A DNA stretch of 62,441 nucleotides, the filler included, from Collodictyon triciliatum (taxonomy: Eukaryota), in assembly GCA_043381765.1 (NCBI GenBank). It is 8 parts of 7 records of this genome, joined end to end, with 100 filler letters (N's around TTAATTAATTAA, not from the genome) between each part and the next. Parts side by side here need not be neighbours in the genome. Positions count along the whole stretch, not along the records: positions 35,308 to 39,022 come from JBHJMP010002775.1; positions 39,123 to 49,280 come from JBHJMP010002776.1; positions 49,381 to 59,536 come from JBHJMP010002777.1; 5 more parts are not named here. One strand, written 5' to 3'. Shown piece by piece: positions 37,341-51,743 of this stretch. The position numbers were made by a program, and so were the translations under genes. The notes beneath the pieces were generated by a model. It saw only the letters and a program-made list of their open reading frames with translations, did no database searches and was not told where the DNA came from. The number at the start of each line of letters is the position of its first letter. Position 1 is the stretch's first letter.

Positions 37341-39177
37341 GCATAGACAAACTTCAGTTGTTTTTTCTTTTCAAGAGATGAAAAAATTACATGTTATTTA
37401 GCATATATAGCTTTCCTCTGTGATGACCTATGCGATTAATTGCTGATGGATAAGGAGTTGACGCATCTATTTCCCACAACGAGGCATAAGCATTATGACA
37501 GCGAAAACCTGAATGAAACACAGATATTTAGGTGCAACTCACATATTAGTTGTGGGATTCACTTTTAATCTGGCACTTAATTGAAACAATATGAATGATA
37601 AACTTAAGGCTTACTAATTGCTAGAATTGCGATAAGAGTAGAAACCAAAGACTTCTTCATCGGAATAGTGGAAGTCATTGACGAAAAGTACTTCTGAGTA
37701 TGAGCTGAGAAAAAAATATTAAAAGAAGTCTCCTATATATTGAACACTGATTTTTAAAGATCGCTGTGTTCGCCGGATACAGAAACATAGTTGACATGGG
37801 CAAAAGATAATAGAGAATGAAAGAAATGAAAAGGAGAAAAAGGAGAAAAAGGAGAAAAAGGAGAAAAAGGAGAAAAAGGAGAAAAAACGAAAACAAAAAC
37901 AAAAACAAAAACAAAAACAAAAACAAAAACAAAAACAAAAACAAAAACAAAAACAAAAACAAAAACAAAAACAAAAACAAAAACAAAAGAAACGAAGGTC
38001 GGGTCCCTGTATGTAATAGAACCATATGACATCGTGTTAACTGTGTTTCTCCGTGACTCCCCGATGCGCAACCCCCAACAAACCAGCACATACATCCCTA
38101 CGCGAAGGAGCAGTGCAACCCAGAATGCCGGCGATCTGTGATGCACCCACACCCCATCCCAGTTCACTTTCCCTCTCTTGTGTACGCTAAATTCTGCCTT
38201 CAGAAAATCGACAATCGGAGTCATTTCCCACCCTTCTTCTATTTCTGGGTTTACTCCGAGGTTGAAACTACAAAGAATACACTATTTTTGGATTATATAC
38301 TTCTTTAGACTGATCCCTCGGTGGGTTTTATATTCATCTATTATTCCGAATTGTTTAATTAATAATTATTAAAATTTTGCTTTCAGACAAAAAATTATTA
38401 AATGGATGATTACTAACATTTTTCTTGCTTTTGTTAAATCGTGCTATTGGAGCATGTGCTACCTTTTTGGTGAAGCATCCTGTTGTAGTGTCCTATTCTT
38501 CTGGGTAAATCTCGTTTTACTGTTTCTGTTTTTTCTTTCTTCTTTTCAGCGGAACAACAAGGCAATCAAAGATCATCACATCATCTTATATCAGACTTTA
38601 TGTGAAGAAAATCAATCACCTTGCCATGCAGAGATTTACGAGTGAGCACGCATGAGTTTGATCCGCAGTGGGTGCTGAGGCGGCAGAGTTGGCCTGGCTG
38701 TATTTATGGTGGCTGCTTGGAGCGATACAATCATTATAGTAATGTAACCGCTTCAGTTATGATATCCCAAGAGATGATAAAAGTAATAATAATAATAAAT
38801 TGAAAAAGAAAAAAAGAAATTATGTGAGATGAGGACTAAGATAGAGAAAATGAGAGAATCATGCTTTATTTCCCAATTTTTAAAAAAGAAAAAAATGAAG
38901 CCCTAATCTTCCTTCAGCTCGAGACTCTCAACAGACTGCCTGGATTTCTTCTTTTTTTTTTTTTTTTTTTTTTAAGTTTTTTTTTTGGTTTTTTGTGGCC
39001 AAGTGTCATTGGAGGGGAGGCANNNNNNNNNNNNNNNNNNNNNNNNNNNNNNNNNNNNNNNNNNNNTTAATTAATTAANNNNNNNNNNNNNNNNNNNNNN
39101 NNNNNNNNNNNNNNNNNNNNNNACTGTTGTATTAATTAATTGAAAATAACGAATAAATCCCTGATGATCAAATAGTA

Positions 39178-39291
<114 letters not shown>

Positions 39292-39300
39292 TCCACTTAC

Positions 39301-42300
39301 ATAGATGGTATAGCTTGTCAAATTCTTGTGTAGTTTCATAGGGTCACAGTTATGCAAGTAGTGTAAACCTTGAGATATTCATGAGAAAAGAATGCACAAG
39401 TTGAAAGTGTACATGCTGTAATTTATTCAGTTCAATTCAATTCAATTATTTTTTTTTTTTACCTAGAGATATTTGATGCATGAACTCGAGAGCTATCTTT
39501 TTATCAATAATTTCGTGTAAAGACATGAAGTTGCGTAAGGTTCTGTTCTCCATGCACTCATACAATAGACATGGCATTTCTGGGTCGAGACAAACACCCA
39601 AATATAGCATCAGATTAGGATGCCTGTAATTCCTGGATTTTGTTGATTGAATATTGATATTTGAGAAAAATATTTTGTGTTAATTAACTCTTCAAAATAT
39701 TGCAGAGTTTGGACACGTCCACTCAAAATTTTTTAAAAAAGAAAATGCCATGTGTAATTACATCAAAGATTCGCTTTTTTCCTTCATCGAAGCAGCAAAG
39801 TTGCCATTTTTGCATTTAAATCTTAAAATTATAGCGTTTTGCTGCGGTATTTTACCATCGAACACCTAAATGCGTGGTCTTATTTTGCAGAATTTTGGGT
39901 GGTACGTTTTAAATTCCACAAAACCGTGAATGTATACATACCTCATACAATAAATCGTTTCGTATTTGATTGTGAAAGACTATATCATCGGAGCGGATAA
40001 TAACGAGTCTTTTCTGGGTCCTGTCAACGTAGGTACGCAGTCGTCCAGTATAAAATCGTACAACTATTATGGCAGCTAATAACGTAGCCCCAACAACACT
40101 GCACACAACAAGTACAATGATGTCCCTTTGTCCATCAGTTCCTTGCGTTGAAAAAAGAAATCAGGTGTTCTATTCCAAAAATAAGTGAATAACGGAGCAT
40201 ACCATCGTTTTTACTCTGTTGGTCGACGTAAGAGCCACACTCCTATTAAGTCGATAATAGAGAAATTTCATGATCAATAAAGCACCACCTTGCACAAAAT
40301 CGAAAGGAAGAGTTAAAAAAACGAAAAAAATCTGACAAAACGACGGGTAATAAAACATAAATTCTTATAAATACCTTGGTACCAAGGCGACATTTTTCAC
40401 AAGAGTATGTTGTAAAATTGAGTCTGTGTCCGTCCTCGCATACACAACCATGTGAGCGATGAAAGAGTGAATTACTTGGACAAACTAACATTTTATGGAA
40501 AAAAAGTAAAGAAATCAAAAAAAAATCAGAGATTACCGAAGTGATATCAGTTTTTTTTTTTTGAAAGGTGAGAGGGTTTAAAATTTTTTATGTTTGATAC
40601 AATTTTGTCCGAATCGAATAAACACCTGAATGATAAAAAACAAAGCCATCTGATCTCTCAGTTCCCACTGCAAGCGTATCAAAAGTGACACTGATGTTAC
40701 CACTTATTTCTAGTTCAGTTGTTCCGCAGCCCTCCAACATGAGAGCGACGCTATTTGTTTTGTTGTTATCAAGAACGGACAATCTAATTGCGATTTATGG
40801 TAAGTAACATCCAACCGAGTAATTAATGTATGATTTTGAATAAGGAATTATAGAAAATATTGATCTAAAGAAAATATGGGGAATTACATATCTCCTTTTC
40901 CAAAACAGTAGTCAATAATAGCTCTGTTCGACTGAAGAACATTCCATGCACAATTTTGTCCATGAAAATAGGGAAAGGTACCACTCCCATCGTCAAAGTA
41001 TTGCAAATTATGATTTCCTCTGATAACCGTCACATCCTCATTTGAACAAAAACCTACATCGATATGCCATAAGTTTCTGCGATATCAAATCTATCTCTAA
41101 TTGATGATTACTTGGGCTATAAATAGTGAGCATGTTGAACTTATCAACTGTTCTGCCCCCAAATATAAATAGATGATTCCCAGTCGCCAAGAATGTCGCT
41201 CCTTCAAGACAAGGAGAATCCTTAGATTCAGGCTTAAGCTCGACAAAAGTTGCTGATGCTATTTTTTTTTTATTTTTAGTGTTAATATATATGAAATAAA
41301 TTTTGGACAGATGGTTGTTAAAAATTACTTGTATTTAATAGCCAGTACAGTTTGGGATTGGGTTTTTGTACTGTCTTTGTAAATAAAAAGATTCCATAAG
41401 CACCAAGTTTGACGCCAGACAGTGGAATATTTCGGTCAAGAATAAAGTTCATCACGAATACCCATGTACCATTTTCTAATAGAAATAATTGTAAGTTGGG
41501 GCTACGTATAAAATCACTGATAAGATTATTGGAGTAAAGTCCTTAAATGGATTATAATAAAAGCAGAAATTACTTATTTGGTAAACCCAAATGTCGTTTA
41601 AGGGTTCCGCATTCAATCCAAGCCCTCCAATCAGCCAAAGCGAATCATCAATTGCAGACAAACTGGCTGACCATCTTGATTTCTTTTATTTGGATTTTCG
41701 TAAGGGTTATCAGATAAAATAAAGAAAGGTATGAAGGTAAACAAGAGACAAGAAACAAGAAACAATATACATTCTAAAAAGAGTTTGGAATGATTACCAA
41801 TGAGTTATCCGCAGCGAACTCTTCGATGGAGTGGGTTTGAAAGTTGAAAGAGAAGAGAGTATCAGAGTTTGATGGAAAGGAAGCCCCAACCGAGTCCTGA
41901 ATAATTTTGTTGGGTTACTAAGAAAGAAACATGCACTACCCCTTGAATAATTACGACAATCGTCGTCATCATCAAAATAACAATAATAACAATAATAACA
42001 ATAATAACAATAATAACAATAATAACAATAATAACAATAATAACAATAATAACAATAATAAATTATATCTTACAAGCCCACCAAACATCCAGCAAATATT
42101 TTTGTCGAAAACAAATCCCATGTCACTTCTCAATCCCAGAGGTGTCGTAGAATCCGAATTTCCGCTCCATCTATTTTTTATCCAGTTTCCTCCTGTAGTT
42201 TTTTTTTATTTGTAATAAAAAGAGCTACGAAATTAAATCATGAAATAACCCAAAAATATATGTTTTTATCAGACAGTACCAATAATGTGATACTTCCATG

Positions 42301-43524
42301 AATAGGCATCCACAGCGCCACTCAGTGCTCGACCTCCATATACATATGCATAGTCACCAATTATCCCGAAAATCATCGAATACCTCGGAGACGGAAAATC
42401 TGTTCCATCTCCATAAGGGCTCAAGAGAACCCAGTCACCCACATCTAACAATTCAATTAAGGTGAATGGTTTTCGTTTTAATTATGGAGAATACTTAAGT
42501 AATACCCTTTCGAAACATCCACAAGTCATTAAGGCATATATAGCCGTTATGGTGGGCCAGTCCCCCAAACATCAAATATCTGGATGAGTTGTATGAGGCA
42601 AAACCCCCATATATTCGGCTTATTGGTTGATAATTTAAGTTCGAGTCCACCCAATCCTCCATATCTACACATTTAATTTTTTAGGGTGATAGGTTGGATG
42701 TAGTAGAAATTAATCAATCACTATAATACATGCATTTCATAAATCCAAATACGTGAGTCCCAAATCCGTATCTCAGCTGTCAGCGATTTTGTTGCGTCAA
42801 TGCCCCCAATTACGAATAGTTGGTCATTTAAAACAGCCGAAGCTGCACCTTGAGTGTATTTGATAGACTCAAGTGTATTTTTCTCCAATTCACTTCTTAT
42901 AGAGACGATTGCACCAAAGAATGAATCTAAATAAACTCGAGATTAACCTTTAATTGTTTGTTTATTGGAGAATAAATAACTATACAATAATCCCATCGCC
43001 AAATTTTGAACTTATTTAGATTAACCTAGGGATATTGAAAAAGTGTTTTTCATTATTTCTCCGTTCCTAAAACCTCCGCTGATAACAAGCTTGTCTTCTA
43101 TGATTCCAAAAGCTGACATATGTCTGGCCAGAGAACTTAAATCATAAGGCATCGGGGTGTTGAGGCAATTAATAGGTTTTACTTGCCCTAAGTTTTCCCA
43201 TATTTCTTTTTCTATATTTCATCAGTATTAGAATTTCCGTCTTAAATTGTAGAAATATTGATTTAATTCTCTAATACCGAGGTCCAGTCTCCAGAGCTCG
43301 CTGCTATCCATAGAACCATTCCAACCTCCATAAAGGTATAGGAAATCAGCATAAACACCACCAGCTGCAAAGACTATCCTTGGTGATATATTAGAAGACT
43401 TGACCAAGCGGGATTGTAGTGATTCTTTTTTGAAAAAAATTTTCAGCTATTTTCTGCAATACTTTGAACCAAAGTCAAGAAAATTACATCCTTAAAGATA
43501 ATACTCATGACTGTTTCCAAAAAC

Positions 43525-43566
<42 letters not shown>

Positions 43567-46500
43567 TGCGATGCTAATTAGTCATATATTAAAACTTGCC
43601 AGAGTCTATCACCCACGTTTCATCGCTTATGCTGCTACCCTGAAAGCGAATATGAATAATCTTGTATGATTTTAATTACCTTTAAAATATCGAAGGATAC
43701 TTACCTTTATTCCTCCATGAACATAAATTCTTGATTTATATTGACTACACAGCCTCCCGGACAATCCAGTGCTCATATCTGTCGCAGTATCATACCAAAT
43801 CATACCTTTCATACTTAATCGATAAATACTAGAGGTTGAGGTTGACGTTGAGGTTGGATGATTTGCACTGTCTGAAGGTATGAATATGAGACTGGAATTT
43901 GCACTCAATAGACACCCCCCTTGTGACGGTGGAGGCACAGCCCCATTAGTTTGTATGGATTTTGAAGTTAAACCTATGAATTTTATTGTTTTTTTCGTAA
44001 GAAAATAACGATATCACGAAGTGAGTAGGTAAAGTTTTACATGAACAAAAGGGGGAAAATATATGAATTACCATTTCGTTCGATAGAAATTATGGAGTTT
44101 TTTGTGCATTTTGCATCATGCAATGATGTTGATGCACCCTCGTATCCCCCATATAAGTAAATTTTATTTTCAAATACTGCAGCAGCTCCTTGAAATACTT
44201 CGGGTGTGATAGGAATTGAACCTTTCATAATTATAGAGATTAATATAGGGATTTAGGTAAACATAACAAAAAAAAACTGACATTCAGAATCTTTGTCAAT
44301 CAGTGGTCTGTCTGAAGCATCGACGTTGTTCTGAGCACAGCGTTTCTATGTTTGATTGCCGAGTGAATTTTATCATATTGTGTTTAAAAGCAAGAGGCAA
44401 AACAAAATAACATATGTAAAACAATTACAAAGCTCCTTGATCCGTCATTGTATTCAGACTTGCAGGGTACACAAATTCCCCTGAAATTCGTGAAATATTC
44501 TTTTGGGCATATACAGGAAGAAACTCCCCAAACAAAATTATTTAAACAGCCTGGAGGTTAATAAATGCCTAAATTGAGATAGATACAGTATGGCATCTAT
44601 AAAAAACTTTTTATTGCTTAGAGAAAAGGACATGCTATGTTATCTAATAATTTCCCTACGATTGATTATAAACGTGAATCCTGGCAATAATTCACTTGAA
44701 ATAGGTATATTGAGGCTTATTTTTATCTTTGTGGTAGGAAATCGGATAACTGCCCCGGATGAAATGGCATTCTTATCAATCTGAATAACCATGTAATATT
44801 TAGCAAGAAGCTTAGGAAATATCACTCAAAGTATGATAATACATTCTTACGACATTGTCATCATATATACGGGTATCAAGGCAATCTAGCTTCTCGATAG
44901 AAAGAACTGGTAAGCTGTTCAATTGAATGTCGACGACCTATTTATTCTAAATTTAATTTCATAATGCATATTGAAAATAACTTAAGACAATGGCATCATG
45001 AATCTGACATACTTGAATTGAAGAGGCACTTTCGATTATCCACGAGCATTTTGTCCCAGGAAACAGCATCTCATCGAAACTACCGTCACTCAGAACATAG
45101 CTGTCGTTTATTTTTATGTATGATTCTTTCTCGCAATAGTAATTACCTATCAGTCAAAATATATTTACTACAAGTTGCAGTGTTAGAACTTTTAGTGTCA
45201 AGCAATATAAACATTTACCCAATTCTAACGTGAATATATTGCTCATCAGAACATCTCCAGAAAGAGGGATATAAATAAGCCTTGAACCAATCAGCAACAC
45301 TTGAAATGCATTCGTTTTAGGAACGTCATTATTTACATCAGGGAGACGCCTAATTCTGTTATCTGCGCAATTCATTCATCTATTTACTTTATGACTTTTC
45401 TAAACTTCATTTTTGGCGAATTACATTTATTAATACAGAATTTACCCTTTATCATCAATAATGAAGATGAAAGGGCCTTTCTTATTTTGCCTCCAAACAG
45501 AAAATCGCCTTTAAATCTGAAATACAGTTGGTCCAGATAAATCTCATAGGAATCGGCATTGACTTCCATAATCCACGACCTTGAATCTAGGTGAAGTTTT
45601 TAAAGCGCTTTGAGAAACAACGAGATATTATTTGATTTCCCATTTTATGATTACCTGCATCCATGCACCCTAGAAATGAACCAGTTCCTTCATGTCGATT
45701 TCCATTCATTATACAAAATGTTGAATTTCTCATGAAAGTTATCGGCGAGGTCTGAAGTGGTGGACTTAAAGATGTTTGAATTATGGTAGATTTGTTCTTT
45801 GATAAATCAATTATGGAAATGGAGTTAGCTTTTATCATTTGGAAGTCACCCAAATAAAAGCCGCCCCAAAACCATAATTTGTTTTCGTAAAAAATTGACG
45901 CAAACTGGCTCGCGCACATGTAGATATTCTTTAAATCCCAATCAACACCCCAGTGAGACCAGTACTTTTCTCCTATGTAAACCGCCAGTATGAATAATTC
46001 ACCTATATAGCTCGTTTTTCAAGAAAAGAAATGTATTTAATGGGATAAGACATTACTTATTGAATATTTAACCATCTTTCCACATATCCTTTGTGGAAAA
46101 TTTGCTTCACTTATCAGGTATATTGTCTCATCGTAAGAGCCTGTAATCTGCTCACCAATAGGATTTTAGTAGAAAATAAAAATTAAAGGTCTATAGATTA
46201 TTAAAAATAAGTGGAATTACGATTTTTGGTGCCAGGGGAATGCAACTTTGGTTTTCTTGAGGACACTCTGATTCTCTTTGAATCAGCTCCCATAAATTGG
46301 TCTCTGCATTCATATCAACAATTGAGGAATTGAGATTTAGCATTTATAAAAAGCAGCATGAGCAAGTATTGAATTTAGCCTTTATATGCAAAAACCTGTG
46401 TCGAATCTCCAGAAATCGTTCAAGAAATGGCTGTTGAAATATGGTGAGTAGCCACCAATCATGTATATGTACCTATCGCTAATTGATATAAAGCTGGATG

Positions 46501-48471
46501 ATGAACGCTTTGGAGGGTACACGTTTAAGCTGGAAGATTCCCAACGATTTTGCACTGTAAAGACACCTCGTTAAGTAATAAATAAATGACCTTATCCTGC
46601 ACAAAATTGAAAGGAAGAATAAAAAAAGACCTTATAACACAAAAAATTATGAAATAAAAAAAAGATAAAATGAAGCAGGTAAAAATTCGACAACCTATAT
46701 CAAAAGCCCATACGTCGTTAAGGGCAATCTTAGATGCACCAGAAAATAATAGAAGCTTAGTTTTAGAGAACAGTACTCCTGATCCTGTCCTTTGCGGAGG
46801 TTTCATAATCGGATATGAGATGGGGTCGGAATTTTTTTCCTGAAAAATCATGTCTCTGCTTTCTGTTTGGGGCAGAAATATATTTTTAAGGGATAAATTA
46901 TAAAAGGGTATATATTATGAGAAAGAATAAATTTTAGCATTCAATCGGGTTTATAGCAAATAAACAAAAGAAACCCAGCCCACCTATATCGTATATTGTG
47001 ATAGAGGAATGATTCAAAGTTTGAGGGGAGATATATCCTCCGAATACGTAAAGATGTCTCTGAAGCACATAACTTGAGTGAAGCCATGACGGATTTTGTA
47101 GAATATTCGGGATGACCGACCAGGAGAGGTGGTCTAAAGTAATTTTTTTTCTATCAGTACCATACACTCATATTAATATATCTATACTTTAAGCATTTTC
47201 TTACTTTAAATATAGACATCAAGCATACCCATGTTTAGAACCCACAAATCCGCCGATATTGACGCATAGTTTCGTCCTCCAGATACGAAAAGTTTTCCTG
47301 AGTCATAGCTACAACCAGAATCCACAAACGAAGGGAATGCTTGACTTCGGTAGACTATTTTCCTCCAAGTTTGTTGGCCTTTTTTTTTTTTGTTTAACGT
47401 GTATTAAGAAAACCTATTGTATAATATTAATAAACATATAGTTGTTTTTTGAAAGGAAGTAACTTGGTTGGTAAGACCAGAGGTCGCCCAGAGATCCCAA
47501 TGCGTTTCCATAAATCGTGTAGCCCCCGTACAAGTATATCTCAAGGGCATGCACGAACATGAAGTGTTTGGCTCGTGTTTTTGGCAAAGGGTATTGGACA
47601 GAACTTTCTATCGACCAGCGGTTTGTTGATAAATCAAGGCACAAGAATTGTGATGTTATTTGTAATGGAGCTACCCCTCCGTACAGATATAACTATTAGA
47701 AATTATGTTGAGTAGAATTGAAGGACTATGTGATTTTAAAAAATGGAATCAAAGGGTGGTTGTAATTTTGAAAAAAAAGGAACCTTTTTGTTGTAAACAA
47801 CGAGTCCATAATTTGAAACTCGCAAGGGATAGTCTCCATATGTTCTTGTCTTGCTCCACGTGAGAGTGCCTTTTTTTTTTTTTGAGTCGATGACACTGAT
47901 GATTTAATATCTGGTGCAAGAACATATATAAATTTTGATACCTGTATTCATGGTAAAAAGCCAGACGAAGGAGGCTGAACTTTCCGAGGTTTCTGACCAA
48001 GCACTAATTCGGTGTAAAATGCATGAGCGAAATATATTCCACCTTTTTGAAATATCAAACAAACTAATATATCCATAATTTTTTTCCAAGCTAAGGACAT
48101 ATGTTGTATAGAGCATATGCCAGTAAATTTTGAATATTTACGTATCTCCCAAGTAAAAGATGCTTGTGTCATCATGGGCAAAAGTAACCTCATTGCCACC
48201 ACTCGGGATTGACGTAGCTATTTCCCATACACCAGTAGCTTCGAAGAGAAGTTTCGTGAATGTTTTTTTTTTATTTGACGCATTATTATTATCAACATTT
48301 AGCAAAACTGTATTCAAATGAGTACGTCACCCCAAAATTAATAATCAACCAGTGTGGATTACCAGAGAGACAAGGAGGTGTGATATATAAGAAGACCATC
48401 ACGAGGAAAAGCTTGAGCCTTGGAGATGTCACTGCACAGGCTTTTGTGCCTCTTACAAATCTGGCCTTCAT
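39301..48471 (-). CDS. Receptor paralog A: signal peptide, Kelch array, CUB, Cys-rich, Kelch array, CUB, Cys-rich, TM, kinase-like (pseudokinase) domain; 3' end cut by the segment end
   Basis: Hydrophobic leader MKARF...LKLFLVMVFLYITPPCLS; numerous Kelch exons; CUB-like LSDGSFDEMLFPGTKCSWII (about 45010-45105) and FDDGSGTFPYFHGQNCAWN (about 40940-41000); TM IIVLVVCSVVGATLLAAIIVV; kinase-like RHPNLMLYLGVC...LLYECMENRTL...GLHYLH...LHKNLTSYTIY. Confidence 0.85.
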
Positions 48472-48967
48472 TCTGATCGCCTGACTTGTTGAGTATCTAT
48501 AAATAAAGGAGAAAAAAAAAGCGTGCATGAATAGGACAGTCATTTATTCAAAAAAACACCATTCTAATTCACAAACAAGAAAAAAAACTTCAAAGGATGT
48601 GAGAGAACGAAACAAATAGAGCTGCGTAAAATAAAGCAAACATTATAAATGTAAATATACACTAAATAACACAATGCTAGAAGCGTATGGAAGAAGAAAA
48701 AACAAGAGCAAGAACAAGAAAAAAAAAAAAGAGAATCGGAAAAAGTAATGAAATAAAATAAATAAACAACTAAAAAGCGTTGGTATGTGAATAAGTTCAG
48801 CAGAGCAAAAGCAACTACAGAAGCAAAATAAAGCCAAGGCAAACACACAGACTTCAAGGAGAATGCAGCAAGTACTTCAACAACAGTTGCTATGACTGTG
48901 CCAAAGTGAGCCGCAATGATACAAACCACACTCACATAACATCCCTTTGTCTTTGTTTTCTTTTTTT

Positions 48968-48998
<31 letters not shown>

Positions 48999-49232
48999 GG
49001 GGATTCGCTTTCCAAATAAAGAAGCAGGGGCAGCAAAAGAACACAGTTTTGGGAGGGTACTAAATGGAGCCGACCGGATTCGTCCTATTCAGCAATTACA
49101 GGGCGAGAGGGCCGAAGTCGCAGATGCGGAGTATCGAGAGTGTGGTTTGCCACACAAGCACCGGAGCTTAGAGTGTTTCCTCGTGTAGGTGTTCTCTACA
49201 TCTACATCTACATCTACATACTCATACTCTTC

Positions 49233-49273
<41 letters not shown>

Positions 49274-49501
49274 TCTCTCTNNNNNNNNNNNNNNNNNNNN
49301 NNNNNNNNNNNNNNNNNNNNNNNNTTAATTAATTAANNNNNNNNNNNNNNNNNNNNNNNNNNNNNNNNNNNNNNNNNNNNCATTATCATTATCATTATCA
49401 TTATCATTATCATTATCATTATCATTATCATTATCATTATCATTATCATTATCATTATCATTATCATTATCATTATCATTATCATTATGTTTATGTTTAT
49501 G

Positions 49502-49532
<31 letters not shown>

Positions 49533-50153
49533 ATTAATAAGTGCATGATTGTTAGTTGATGTATCTTGTTTTACTAATTTAATCATTCACTATCATAATA
49601 AGGTGTAAAAACCATGCATTTCATTTTAAACCAAACAAACGATAATAGCAAGAACACGCTCGGAAGCTGTTATTAAAAAATTAGAAGATATGGAAGCGGG
49701 CTATAAAAACCCTATTCGACCGGGAGCTGAAGGAACCGAACCTATACCAACAAAATCGAGTGAACAATGGACAACTCAACTACAAAAGTAACAATTAGTT
49801 GACTTTTCATACCATATTAAAGAATGTTCTATTCTTTGGTCCAAAATACCATGGCTCAACTCTGTATTAATCTTGTCCCATAAACTTATCTAAAATCGAT
49901 TAATGTCTTCCCATTTGCAAACATTTCCTCTCCGGGGTGGTTCAGTATGAGGGTCAATATTGCAATGGTTTGTTCTGCCACTACAATTTATTATTATTAT
50001 TATCTTTTTTTTTATACCGATTTTTCTTTAAAATTGAGCAACAGTTATCATGCATTAGTGACGGCTGTGAATTTCACATGTTCATATCGGTGTATACAAC
50101 TCAGAATTTGATAATTATCATTTATTTATGTTTCAATAGGTGCGACTTAAATG

Positions 50154-50643
50154 NNNNNNNNNNNNNNNNNNNNNNNNNNNNNNNNNNNNNNNNNNNNNNN
50201 NNNNNNNNNNNNNNNNNNNNNNNNNNNNNNNNNNNNNNNNNNNNNNNNNNNNNNNNNNNNNNNNNNNNNNNNNNNNNNNNNNNNNNNNNNNNNNNNNNNN
50301 NNNNNNNNNNNNNNNNNNNNNNNNNNNNNNNNNNNNNNNNNNNNNNNNNNNNNNNNNNNNNNNNNNNNNNNNNNNNNNNNNNNNNNNNNNNNNNNNNNNN
50401 NNNNNNNNNNNNNNNNNNNNNNNNNNNNNNNNNNNNNNNNNNNNNNNNNNNNNNNNNNNNNNNNNNNNNNNNNNNNNNNNNNNNNNNNNNNNNNNNNNNN
50501 NNNNNNNNNNNNNNNNNNNNNNNNNNNNNNNNNNNNNNNNNNNNNNNNNNNNNNNNNNNNNNNNNNNNNNNNNNNNNNNNNNNNNNNNNNNNNNNNNNNN
50601 NNNNNNNNNNNNNNNNNNNNNNNNNNNNNNNNNNNNNNNNNNN
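50154..50643. other. Scaffold gap (N run without linker)
   Basis: Uninterrupted N run; a second lies at 55088..55616. Confidence 0.95.
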
Positions 50644-51044
50644 TATGAGCAAGTCATCTCTTTTCATGTGAGAAGCCGACGTTAGGTTGGAAGATAAATG
50701 ATTACCCGTGTCGTAAAACATAACACACGCTGGCCAGAAAATGATGATGAGAATACCCAAGATCAGCCGGTTCGATGCGGTTGTCGTATTCTCGATCGCG
50801 GCTGGCAAGGTCACCCCGCTCCTGGTTGCTCATTCTGCGAAAGACAAGCGAGAATGACGATCAAGTCAGACCGTCGGTTTTGAAGCAGGTCGTTTGTTTG
50901 TTCAGTTGCCTGAGACCGAAAGGGTCTTGTGGAGACAGACAACAACAGGCCACATCTTTGATAGAAACCGTCACTGGTCTGTCTTGTTTATCTCGGTAAT
51001 ATTCTCAATTTATTGATTTTTATTGGCTTTTATTGATTTTTTTT

Positions 51045-51428
51045 TTAAATGTGAATGATTTTATCGCGATGTTGTTCAATATTCTCGTGCGTCAGCTTCA
51101 CGAGTTCTCGAAGATGCAGTGGCTTTTTTGTGAAAGGGCATCGATTGTTTCCCTGCAGGGCTTTGACCCACCCATCGTATCTAATTGTATGTTTCAAATG
51201 ATTGGATGATTGGATGATTGGATAATTGGGATAGGATGATGAAGTATGGAGTGTTAATTAATTACCCAGCAACATGTCCAAATGGCGAGATGGCCGGTTT
51301 TATAACAATTTCAAGTGTAAAAGGGTCGACAAAATCTGGAAGAGGATTTAACGGGTCCAGCCTGGCCTCGTCGGGGTTATCATCACTACCATCATCAGCA
51401 AAACATTGGACAGATGCCGCGAGGGCGG

Positions 51429-51472
<44 letters not shown>

Positions 51473-51661
51473 GTATTTACACAAATGAAATCGGAAAAAA
51501 AAATTTAGTCAGAAAATAGCAGATGAAAGCAAAGGAAACAAAGAATGTCCAGCAAAAATAGGTTGACAGAGTTACAAGAAAATCAATTTGAATTGTGAGA
51601 GTCCATTGTTCATATAAGCTAAGGATTGATTGCGAATAATAATAATAACAATAACAATAAC

Positions 51662-51743
<82 letters not shown>

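Noticed and set aside
37990-38750. Coding-like stretches upstream of paralog B
   Set aside because: Strand and frame are ambiguous with no recognisable product; possibly a real gene but unsupported.
49604-50999. Short exon-like segments flanking the 490-N gap
   Set aside because: Too fragmentary to assign strand, frame or product.
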